Assembly: GCA_018823175.1 (NCBI GenBank)
Contig: JAHJIY010000004.1
Location: 1,963-65,962 of the forward strand
Direction of reading: 5' to 3'
DNA: 64,000 bases
DNA from: Pseudomonadota bacterium
Lineage (GTDB): Bacteria > Desulfobacterota > Desulfobulbia > Desulfobulbales > JAHJIY01
Shown: positions 9,801 through 16,458 of the stretch, one piece after another
Layout of the letters: each line of letters starts with the position of its first letter
How positions within the stretch are numbered: the stretch's first letter is position 1
Translations under genes and position numbers: made by a program
The notes under the pieces: model-generated
What the model was told of the DNA's origin: nothing
The model's input: the letters and a program-made list of their open reading frames with translations, nothing else
The model's database searches: none

Positions 9801-12501
9801 CGTGGATGGTATCAATATAAGTATCGTTATCCGCAGTACCTGCCTGATCATGACAGGAGGTACACTCGGCAGATCCCTTAACTACGCCGGCTCCGGCCCC
9901 GCCATCATATGTGGTATGATCAATGATGCCATGAGGGGTATTTGGAACCTTCGGAAGATGACAGGTACGACAATTTACGGTGCCTGTACTGCTGATCGCG
10001 GCACTGACCGTAGCGGTCTCCATCACATTATAAGTACCACTACCCTTCACATAATCATGGCAGACAGCGCAGGAACCATGCTCGGAAAGAACCCCGGCAA
10101 AGGTATTGAGATCATATGTACTATGACAACCGACTCCGCCATTCCAACAACCCTTGACCGCGGTTTGCGAAGTATCACCAACCGAATCATAAAGAACATC
10201 ATGGGTAGTTGCCCGATCATTGGTGGCCATCGGCGAAACATGAATTACATTAAATACGGCATGGCAGTTAACACACTCGCCTCTTCCGGAAGGAATAACC
10301 GCACCGGTAGCCGGATTATGACAGGTTTCACATTTCAGAGCACTATGAACCTCGGTGCCTGCCGTATAGGGAGCAGTGGTCGCTTCATGACAACCAGTAC
10401 AGTTAATGGTATTCGGAGTTAAACCAATGTTTCCGGTTACGCTGGTCGCATGACCCGGATGGGTATGTCCAGCAAAGTAAGCGCCATGACATTCTTCACA
10501 GTTGCCGCCTTTGCCTAAACCGCTACCGTAATCACCGGAAGCGTCACCAACATCACCAGGGGCGCTGCCGGCAATACCGTTAATCCGTTCACCGGTAGTG
10601 GTGCTATGACAGTTGGTACAATCTGCATCATGGGTACCGGCATTTCCGGAACCAACATAAGAAGCATCAATCACATCACCAGCATGACAATTGGCGCAAA
10701 GGGAGGTGGTGACAACTGAGGCAACATGGTCATGGGTATGAGCAGCAAAATAGGACACATGACATTGAATACAGGTGCCGCCAGCACCACCATTAACAGT
10801 GGCATCACCGACATTGGTGATTGTACCGCCGTAACTGGCAGCGTTGGCCGCGCCGTTAACCCGGGAACCATCTACCGTGCTGTGACAGTTCCAGCAGTTA
10901 TTGTTATGAACGGTAACGCCACTGGTATGACAGTTCACACATAGCGCCGTATCATTAATCCCAGTATGAGGATGAATATGGTTATCAAAGTAGGTGGTAT
11001 GACATTCCTGACAGGTGGCAACCGCATTCTGGCCAGGCATGGCGCCTGGCTTAAGCTCGACCGGCGGCGGGGTAACCGTAATATGACAAAGATCGCAATT
11101 ATCATTGTGGACATTAACGGCACTGACGATGGTATCGGCATTTGCCACAGTGTCATGACAAGCGGAAACACACAGAGGGAAAGTAGTCAGGGCGAGATCA
11201 TGAACGCCGGTCAGAACCGGATGGCCGGAATCTTTGCCGGCATGACAATGGAGACAGCTTATCGCCCAATCGGCTGAATGATTGGAACCAGTATTAGTCC
11301 ATGAATAACCCTGCAAAGGACCAGCACCATCAGGATCAACCGCTATCCGAACAAGAACGGTTGGGTTAAGGTCAGGAGTACTGGAGGTATGGCAGATAGT
11401 ACAATCAGCATGTGCGGTCTGAGGATCAGTGACGTAGGACGAATGACATTTGGCACAAGTTAATGCACCAGCAGTTATTATTGCTGGCACCCCGGCATGA
11501 GCCGGAGCACCGCCACCACCAGCAAAAATATTATGACAATCAGTACAAGCCTCGCCAACATGATGGCCAGGAACCGGGTCAGTACCATTAGCAACCCAAT
11601 AATTAGTAGCGACATGACATGACTGACAAAGTCCTTCTGGAGAAGCAGCATTATCTGGGGCATTATCAACAAAACCACCGGTGGTTGCCGGAATTGAGGC
11701 CGGCTCATAAAATTTCACATTCCGGTTGCCGTTGCCATGGGACATGGCACTGGTCATAAACGAACGGATCAACTGACCGTAGAACAGACCGAAGTTTTTA
11801 CCAGAATATAAAGTAGCGTTAACAACACCTTTAACGGTGATCGTCGTCGGGGTTGCGGAGAGAACCTCAAAAACCTCATTGGGGTTGGCCCGGTTGGCAA
11901 CAAACATCAGTCCACGGGAACCGTCTGTTGCCCGAAGTGCCATGGCGGGTGTATCTACGGAATAAGCGCCAGCGGCGCCTTTGGCGTACCAGGTTGTCTC
12001 ATCGGCATATTTGCCGGCAAAGCCGGTATGGGTGATGGTCGTGGTGCCGAGGGGATTGGCTGAGGATTGGCTACCGACATTGAAGTCTATACTGGTGATC
12101 AGATCACCGTTCGCAACCCAAAGACCGGAGTCCGTATTCCAGTCCAACTGCTCCTGGTAATGGGCATTGTGACAATCGGAACATAAGGTAGTCCAGTTTT
12201 CCGTACCGTTGATCTGGAGATCGGAATGCATCGCCTTGATCGGGCCCGGGACCGCAAGAACGGCAAGGACCGGAGAGTCGCCGTGGCAGTTCAGACACAA
12301 CAAGTTTTCAGGTGCAGTGTCAGCAGTAGACGGCGGCATAACTCCTCGAGACATATTGGCAATAAATTTATGACAATGCCAGCATGCGATGCCGCTTGCT
12401 TCGTTGTGAGGCGCATCCATCGAATACGCCTGACTGGTGCCGGTGTTTATTGCCAGTGTGGCCAGCAATAAACCTAAGAATAACGCCAGTTTCTTCATCA
12501 T
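3835..12501 (-). CDS. Giant secreted multiheme cytochrome c (about 2,888 aa, about 63 heme-binding motifs) with a heme-free Ig/cadherin-like C-terminal region
   Basis: The minus-strand ORF is uninterrupted for 8.7 kb. I moved the start to the ATG-ATG at 12501/12498, which follows an AAGGGGGA Shine-Dalgarno sequence. The Sec signal is MMKKLALFLGLLLATLAINTGTSQA. Between nt 12384 and 5923 I counted by hand about 58 CXXCH motifs, 4 CX3CH motifs (CVSACH, CTTNCH, CAVRCH, CTTACH) and 1 CX4CH motif (CITSGCH). The last 690 aa or so have no heme motif and are rich in T, S, N and G, with beta-sandwich-like segments (for example TYTITASDASTATATVFITATANNAPV). Confidence 0.93.
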   Translation of the reverse strand: MMKKLALFLGLLLATLAINTGTSQAYSMDAPHNEASGIACWHCHKFIANMSRGVMPPSTADTAPENLLCLNCHGDSPVLAVLAVPGPIKAMHSDLQINGTENWTTLCSDCHNAHYQEQLDWNTDSGLWVANGDLITSIDFNVGSQSSANPLGTTTITHTGFAGKYADETTWYAKGAAGAYSVDTPAMALRATDGSRGLMFVANRANPNEVFEVLSATPTTITVKGVVNATLYSGKNFGLFYGQLIRSFMTSAMSHGNGNRNVKFYEPASIPATTGGFVDNAPDNAASPEGLCQSCHVATNYWVANGTDPVPGHHVGEACTDCHNIFAGGGGAPAHAGVPAIITAGALTCAKCHSSYVTDPQTAHADCTICHTSSTPDLNPTVLVRIAVDPDGAGPLQGYSWTNTGSNHSADWAISCLHCHAGKDSGHPVLTGVHDLALTTFPLCVSACHDTVANADTIVSAVNVHNDNCDLCHITVTPPPVELKPGAMPGQNAVATCQECHTTYFDNHIHPHTGINDTALCVNCHTSGVTVHNNNCWNCHSTVDGSRVNGAANAASYGGTITNVGDATVNGGAGGTCIQCHVSYFAAHTHDHVASVVTTSLCANCHAGDVIDASYVGSGNAGTHDADCTNCHSTTTGERINGIAGSAPGDVGDASGDYGSGLGKGGNCEECHGAYFAGHTHPGHATSVTGNIGLTPNTINCTGCHEATTAPYTAGTEVHSALKCETCHNPATGAVIPSGRGECVNCHAVFNVIHVSPMATNDRATTHDVLYDSVGDTSQTAVKGCWNGGVGCHSTYDLNTFAGVLSEHGSCAVCHDYVKGSGTYNVMETATVSAAISSTGTVNCRTCHLPKVPNTPHGIIDHTTYDGGAGAGVVKGSAECTSCHDQAGTADNDTYIDTIHGVCGKCHKAPTGGDALWNYSVGGDAPLGGTISEQVNYEGINSGHGGTCVDCHASHNTDFAGAGHNNTNHQTQAAADVITANAAGNCTTNCHDGSSAANIVANTHNVNGCENCHLDTVVTGGTDGRFVDGTGATSRAAAISVGNATLHVINIPSDCNTCHGAYSDFKAAHQVQTHTKVVSTNSAKCTTCHGTTNIITGIHGSKCNICHTNDVTNGTLKGSATNHVFGVASDCLKCHSTLANDFNDASHTVTTDTHATMVTATTGSCEVCHIGNVQTAVHNSCNSCHTDTTGTPDDGTLRSYAATHVKGTAQNCAQCHTDRVNGHASEHNNTDYEDAITQESSATGSVIGQCNTCHAGKGSGGTNFNTNLASAHVGLTIKVADITGVTDGTLAGTAITCGTCHNSAVAAVANTIASAKTDIPANLASCADCHGPRGLPHGSHPATDFPWDAASITACGSCHNNAGTPNVADDIHGVCDMCHVDGSTGRDTAEAGAGLNGIDGDATRATDGVAGAPHSDLTTFNCLTCHSPATSGTAVNAGTIGGIHHDNKTNSPELVANCAVRCHTATSHSATIDNTAIPSTCVGCHTATADTAGTGAPVALGDNGVHDACGTCHTLAVSTDYRGTLVTAPGTKGVNVMSTGTNNCADCHTDAWESMHTTSAPAIHVGLVKTTTSVTCERCHDADGTANAARANVSPFTAALDVHNNITGQFSGDCENCHDVDGGLVTAALAPGMTVVGGECDVCHSAGWQSIHTTSGTNHSLTVANAASDCTTACHVNTAGYLTGITVGASNLLHDACDSCHNTTSGALVGTSVRAPVMPITGANSSNCATCHTTYNSDDSDHAIDHSAGVYENGQVNAPVRTEDVSITGTCNTCHDAMGFTNIYSGHMTRATTSYSGGMVCDSCHNYGGSKLVKADIDLAITNGKRTGSNAAPDCADCHGVRTLPHGGHDIAHFAWDAASIAACGTCHDNVANPDVVKDVHGNVCDTCHINGQTGRDTAKLGANGDGDAREATDKVAGAPHSDLTTFNCLTCHNVGNIVIGGIHHDTATATSNNCVTCHAANASSLSSLAKLPANHLTRVVATGTSCITSGCHIAANVAGTATAMPVSTTDGLVHNACVTCHTFDPTTLAGGLKTAPTTKGVGAMTPGVCTGCHNATPLGNIHHGNANTLSGACEHCHTDTRIANWNVSPYSTNRPGGGYTAPPTHLACEECHVMPKAAKGTGQVASSQNGRTDGWAGNNMTITAFNQGSDAKKTGATGATGAWSAAYPKTTVHTIPNTANQINNWGICIGCHDGTNTAGGVLAPVVNPAHGFPTNIKPTQSYCGSLANYNAGQYLPGRTNFNDISNINYYGDIFRPTGTNPSGNDAVGTAWNSTTWGSTRCGNRTNGSLGSKNAGYYNNNSRANGRTYKGVTMPTAVATPTTDGQLSVPLPWTGAAYNSNTNYPTPTTAVLDTIPAFAQQTPNARVQKNATIDIVAVSSANWLGTTLTVTATVTNGVCTDLTLENGAGNVGFIDTGSCTAEVLNYTYPTDGRTVNVVSSQSDSVDVMAYPITDANVPTPASAGDDGTPVRLTVGSGNLVVTNLATLFANDGGTGITITGVTQPTFGSVGIGLDNVSVNFTGNGTTGNTQFTYTITASDASTATATVFITATANNAPVIGTPPADFNIVESTTKTNIEVTSTVTDNEADQIRVTAFSDNCGGTVNTSIPTAYQAIGQPTNISWTAPAGAQSCTISYTVSDASGSFNDSIVATVTAAPSCGTATVLAGFTQVNDLGTFAVPTGSHTTPGAGDAGRRLLVVQLGMHYGTAGATTKAVTYGGQSLSMVANAGDDVTAQRAQSWIGFCDEACLDAATNSVLDYTTSSTPTEIAMAAIAYDYVNQTNPSPSGGTGVAAYNNTRATTTTVNLPISYAANDFAVIGASSNSTTDCTLDATTSPSYTMTNALTYTEVWQRTNAATGNTTDNITITVGANSRLAGSAVAIQSECNNN
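6338..7000 (-). repeat. Internal 8-heme module, copy B, of the giant cytochrome
   Basis: The segment CADCHGVRTLPHGGHDIAHFAWDAASIAACGTCH...APHSDLTTFNCLTCH...CTGCH has the same order and spacing of heme motifs as copy A, offset by about 1.53 kb. Confidence 0.85.
7855..8528 (-). repeat. Internal 8-heme module, copy A, of the giant cytochrome
   Basis: The segment CADCHGPRGLPHGSHPATDFPWDAASITACGSCH...APHSDLTTFNCLTCH...CADCH is paralogous to copy B at 6338-7000. Long identical peptide strings are shared, including AGAPHSDLTTFNCLTCH and WDAASI.ACG.CH. Confidence 0.85.
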
Positions 12502-13277
12502 GTATCCCCCTTGGTCAATTAATTTAACGTCCTGACTCGACGCCCGTAATAAAAAAAACCCCAATATTCAAGTTGCTGCCTGAAGACGGCCTGGCTCGCT
12601 ATCCCCAAACAACTATAAAAAAAATTAAAAAAGAGGACACCATTAGAACGGTGCCCCAATCAGCGAAACCTGTTGATTTCGCATAAAAATATCCGCTTGT
12701 CGGGGCGGAAATCATTTAAAAGGTATCATTAATATATATAATTTTAAGCAGATATAAAAAAGTCAATTTATACATACTTGTATTCATATTAACACGAGCA
12801 CACTCCTTGCGTCAACTATTTTCTTGACAATTGTCCTTGTTAAATCGATGTGGGAAAAGGGTCAGAAGTCTTTTGTTTATTCTGAAAAAGCAATATTCAC
12901 GCCACAAAAAATAGTGGTTAGCTGACCATAAAAAATTTCAAACCCATTTACGCGAAATATTTTTAAAACAGATAACCAAGAAATCACTTCCATTCAGCCA
13001 CAAAACATGAAAGTCAACCCATTCAAGATGATAGGCATTGATCGCTGACAATTTATTTTATTTTAACTGTTCCAACCATTCGAATAATATTATCTTGACA
13101 TTTTTCGGCACCATAACGTAGCGCAGCTGACAAAAAACGTCAGACCGAAACGAGGTAATACCCTCTCCGTCTTACCCGGTTGCATACTCTTTCATTATCA
13201 TTTATATTAGCACGTTCTATTTTACTAAATAATGACGAACCGACAGAGATTAAGCAACCTGATACCCCAAGGACATT

Positions 13278-13829
13278 ATGGAGCTCAAATCCAGCTCGCA
13301 AATCCAGATAGTTCTCCCCGATAAATGTCAAAGCGAAATAATCGACCACTGTCGACGAAAACTCGCCGGGCAATATCTGAAAGGTGAGGCCCAAGACCTC
13401 AAGGCCTTCGGCCTGATTGCCGGGACCAGGTCAGAAAATACGATCACGGTCAAGCGCTGCATGCCGCTATTGAAAAACGCCCGCTCGATAGATCCTTACA
13501 AGGGTCATATGGACCGGGTCATGACCAAGCACGCCATTCCATCAGAAACACCTCTACATAAAAGAGGATGGGTCGCCGATCCGGAGGAACTGACCGAAAA
13601 AGTAAGTGAATGCCACGCCGCAAAAATAACCCTACTGGGCACTTATCACATGCACCGGGTCGGATGGCAACACGATAAGATTCGTGACACCCCGACCAAA
13701 CTTGACACAATTTTAGGCCATGACAGCCGGATGATCATGTTCATTGTTTCAATGGTCGAACCGGACAAACCGATAATCCGGGCCTTCTTTGAGGGAATTT
13801 GCGAGCAGGAGATTGTAATTATTCCATGA
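13278..13829 (+). CDS. Hypothetical protein, possibly JAB/MPN (JAMM)-like metalloprotease fold
   Basis: 183-aa ORF. LKAFGLIAG followed by GTYHMHRVGWQHDKIRDTPTKLD resembles the JAMM pattern HxH-x(7-10)-[ST]xxD. The resemblance is weak and rests on the motif alone. Confidence 0.4.
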   Translation: MELKSSSQIQIVLPDKCQSEIIDHCRRKLAGQYLKGEAQDLKAFGLIAGTRSENTITVKRCMPLLKNARSIDPYKGHMDRVMTKHAIPSETPLHKRGWVADPEELTEKVSECHAAKITLLGTYHMHRVGWQHDKIRDTPTKLDTILGHDSRMIMFIVSMVEPDKPIIRAFFEGICEQEIVIIP

Positions 13830-13961
13830 TAATGGACGACCAGAACAAATCTGCCGCCCAGGCAAAACATCAACTATAGTTCCCAGATCAACCTTTTACC
13901 GACAGACTCCACCCCGAGGAATCGAGATGGGGTCAGGTTATATAGATAACGGGCCATTAAC

Positions 13962-15164
13962 TTGCTTTACCAAACCATCATCTGCCTTGCCTTCCTGATC
14001 ATGTTTCCTGCGGCCCAATGTTTCGGGGCAAAGATCGAGGGGATAGTCATGTCTCCCAAAGGGCCGGTTACCGGGGCCGAAGTCAGGGCCTACCCCGACT
14101 TTTCCTCTCTGGTCGCCGAGCGCGACGGTATTTTGTCATCGGCCGGGGCCAAAGAAGGTCAATTCACCATGGAACTGCCCAAGGGCAGATATTTCTTTGT
14201 GGCGCGGGGCTCCGAGGCCGGACATGAAATGTTTGCCTACCACGGGATTAATCCGGTAGCTGTTACCCACGACTACTACTGGCTGCCTTTTTTCCTGGTC
14301 GAGGCCAGGGAGGCGCGATGTTCGGTCGGCCCGCAAGGGATCAAGGGCCGGGTGACCTACAAGGGGGAACCACTGACTAACGGAGTTGTCTCGGTTTACC
14401 AATCAGCTGAAACAAGTTTTCGGGGGATGGGACTACTGACCAACACCCTCAACGACGACGGACTGTTCTGGTTTGACCTTGAACCAGGCCCCTATGTGGT
14501 GGTAGCCAGAAAAAGACAGAGCGACCAGGGAATCGGCCCGGTCAAGCGCGGCGATATTTTCTGCTATCCATCCGCCAACCCGATCAATGTGCTGCCGGAG
14601 AGTTACTGTGAGGTCGAAATAAGCTGTTACCCACGGGACAATATGGAGTCCTTTATCGACGAAGGCACGGAAAACCCACGCGGCAGAAAAGAAGAAACCA
14701 GAAGACCAGCCTCGCTCTGGGATGTTCCGGCCCAGGAAGCGGAAGGTACAATGAAACCGCCGGAGAGACTTGCCGTGGTTAGCGGCCGGGTGAGCAACCG
14801 ACAGGATAAACCGCTGGCCGGATTATTCGTTACCGCCTACCCCGCCCTGGGGATTGATCGGTTTCAGATGCATGTTGTCCGGCTAAAGACCGACTACATG
14901 GCCCGAACCGACGAAAACGGCCTATACCGCCTGGAACTTGACCGACCCGAAAAATATTATCTGGTGGCCCGGGAAAAAGTCGGTGAGGCGCCGAACCGGC
15001 AGGAATATTACGGACTATACGAAGGTAACTTCAACCACAGCATCGAAGTGCGGCCGGGAGAGAACTATTCCAGGATCAATATTACGGCTGAGCGCATCAT
15101 GCCTTTTGCCAACGCTATTTCAAGCACCAAAACAAATCAATCACCGGTAGGAAAATTACCATGA
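13962..15164 (+). CDS. Secreted protein with three carboxypeptidase-regulatory-like (CarboxypepD_reg) beta-sandwich repeats
   Basis: 400-aa ORF starting at a TTG (start uncertain) with a hydrophobic N-terminus LYQTIICLAFLIMFPAAQC. Three repeat starts fit CarboxypepD_reg domains: IEGIVMSPKGPVTGAEVRAY, IKGRVTYKGEPLTNGVVSVY and VSGRVSNRQDKPLAGLFVTAY. Confidence 0.55.
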   Translation: MLYQTIICLAFLIMFPAAQCFGAKIEGIVMSPKGPVTGAEVRAYPDFSSLVAERDGILSSAGAKEGQFTMELPKGRYFFVARGSEAGHEMFAYHGINPVAVTHDYYWLPFFLVEAREARCSVGPQGIKGRVTYKGEPLTNGVVSVYQSAETSFRGMGLLTNTLNDDGLFWFDLEPGPYVVVARKRQSDQGIGPVKRGDIFCYPSANPINVLPESYCEVEISCYPRDNMESFIDEGTENPRGRKEETRRPASLWDVPAQEAEGTMKPPERLAVVSGRVSNRQDKPLAGLFVTAYPALGIDRFQMHVVRLKTDYMARTDENGLYRLELDRPEKYYLVAREKVGEAPNRQEYYGLYEGNFNHSIEVRPGENYSRINITAERIMPFANAISSTKTNQSPVGKLP

Positions 15165-16075
15165 GAAATGTCATGTTCTCCGCATTTCTCCTTTGTTTTG
15201 CGCTCATGAGCGCCGGGCAAACTCACGCTCAGCCACTGGTTCTAGGTGATCAGATCATTCGGACCGACACGGTCTGGTCGGGGGAGATCATAGTTGACGG
15301 AGTGGTGGTGGTCGGTCGGGAGGCGACCCTCACGATCAAACCCGGCACCAGGATCCGGTTTAGGAAGAAAGACCTGAACAACGACCAGATCGGCGACTCG
15401 GAGATCCGGGTCCTGGGCAGACTGATCGCCCGGGGCACACCGGAGGAAATCATAACTTTTGCCTCAGCCGAACCGGTCCCGACGAGCAAGGACTGGTCCT
15501 ACGTGATGATCTTCACTTCCGGGCAGGAGAATTTTATCCAATATTGCTCATTCCAGCATGCCTTCACTGGCCTGCAGGTTCATTTTTCGGTGGCCCGCAT
15601 TGCCGACTCGACTTTTACCGATAACTTCGAGGGATTACGTTTCGGCCGTGGTGAATTGACCATTGAGCACAACCGCTTTTCGCATAATGACGTAGGAATC
15701 CGTTTTACCAGAATGGAAGGGCCGGCGACGATCAGGCAAAATGAGATCACCGACAACCGATTGGGGATATTCCTGGTCCCTTCCGGCCAGAATATCATGG
15801 ATTTCTTCGAACCAGACCGGAGCGGCCGGGCCTGGAATACAGGACACTTAATGATCACCGCCAATAATATTTTTAACAACTCATGGTATGATCTCGATTT
15901 AGGTGAAAAACAATTCTGGAACCTGGAGGCCGCCGGAAACTGGTGGGGAACTACCGACCACAACCAGATCAGCGCCAAGATGTTCGCCCATCAACGTGAC
16001 CCGGCCCTGGGCAAGGTTTTATATCAGCCGACCGCCACCGCAAAAATTACCGAAGCCGGCCCTAGAATGAGGTAG
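15161..16075 (+). CDS. Secreted right-handed parallel beta-helix repeat protein (NosD/PbH1-like)
   Basis: The ATG overlaps the upstream stop (ATGA), so the two genes form an operon. The signal peptide is MRNVMFSAFLLCFALMSAGQTHA. PbH1-type repeats are present: IADSTFTDNFEGLRF, IEHNRFSHNDVGIRF, IRQNEITDNRLGIFL and ITANNIFNNSWYDL. Confidence 0.7.
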   Translation: MRNVMFSAFLLCFALMSAGQTHAQPLVLGDQIIRTDTVWSGEIIVDGVVVVGREATLTIKPGTRIRFRKKDLNNDQIGDSEIRVLGRLIARGTPEEIITFASAEPVPTSKDWSYVMIFTSGQENFIQYCSFQHAFTGLQVHFSVARIADSTFTDNFEGLRFGRGELTIEHNRFSHNDVGIRFTRMEGPATIRQNEITDNRLGIFLVPSGQNIMDFFEPDRSGRAWNTGHLMITANNIFNNSWYDLDLGEKQFWNLEAAGNWWGTTDHNQISAKMFAHQRDPALGKVLYQPTATAKITEAGPRMR

Positions 16076-16348
16076 AGAAGGTTGGAGGTTGGAGGTTGAA
16101 GGTTTAAGGTTTAAGGTTGAAGGCTGGAGGTTGGAGGCTGGAGGTTGAAGGTTGGAGGCTGGAGGCTGGAGGCTGAAGGCTGGAGGCTGGAGGCTGGAGG
16201 CTGGAGGTTGAAGGCTGGAGGCTGGAGGTTGGAGGTTGAAGGCTGGAGGTTGGAGGTTGAAGGTTGAAGGCTGGAGGCTGGAGGTTGGAGGTTGGAGGCT
16301 GGAGGCTGGAGGCTGGAGGCTGGAGGTTGAAGGCTGGAGGCTGGAGGT
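16076..16348 (+). repeat. Heptanucleotide tandem array of 39 units of T[GT][GA]AGG[TC] in perfect 7-nt register
   Basis: The array starts on the nucleotide after the TAG stop at 16073-16075. I checked unit boundaries at 16083, 16139, 16202, 16265 and 16321 and all are in phase. 27 of the 39 units are TGGAGG[TC], which contains the GGAGG Shine-Dalgarno core. Confidence 0.95.
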
Positions 16349-16432
16349 TGTTAAGAGTGGAAAACTTGTTACTATTTACTTGTCACTCGTCACTCATCAC
16401 TTGTCATTCGTCACTTGTCACTTGTCACTTCC
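16349..16432 (+). repeat. Second heptad family (..GTTACTA TTTACTT GTCACTC GTCACTC..), 12 units, continuing array 1 in the same 7-nt phase
   Basis: The units read TGTTAAG AGTGGAA AACTTGT TACTATT TACTTGT CACTCGT CACTCAT CACTTGT CATTCGT CACTTGT CACTTGT CACTTCC. Nucleotides 16076-16432 span 357 nt, which is exactly 51 x 7. The 11-mer GTTACTATTTA lies at 16368-16378. Confidence 0.9.
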
Positions 16433-16458
16433 CAAAATAGGCAGATAAGGAATATTGC

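Noticed and set aside
5800-10422. Many plus-strand ORFs inside the giant cytochrome gene, for example 9529-10422 (297 aa), 5800-6417 (205 aa) and 7087-7500 (137 aa).
   Set aside because: They are antisense shadow ORFs. The complement of Cys-His codons (TGTCAT gives ATGACA) creates frequent Met-Thr starts. The products are M/T/G/I-rich nonsense, and the minus-strand frame is unbroken for 8.7 kb with clear motifs.
13140-13394. An 84-aa minus-strand ORF overlapping the start of the JAB-like gene.
   Set aside because: It has no ribosome-binding site and no motifs, and it overlaps a better-supported plus-strand ORF.
16076-16432. Whether the tandem arrays (also 50966-51266) could be CRISPR arrays.
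   Set aside because: The period is 7 nt with no spacers and no repeat of 24-40 nt, and there are no cas genes in the window.
16236-16448. A 70-aa ORF (GWRLEVGGWRLEAGGWRLEV...) and the minus-strand ORF 16411-16899.
   Set aside because: The first is simply a translation of the heptad array, where a 21-nt super-period gives 7-aa peptide repeats. The second is antisense to the well-supported dehydrogenase gene.
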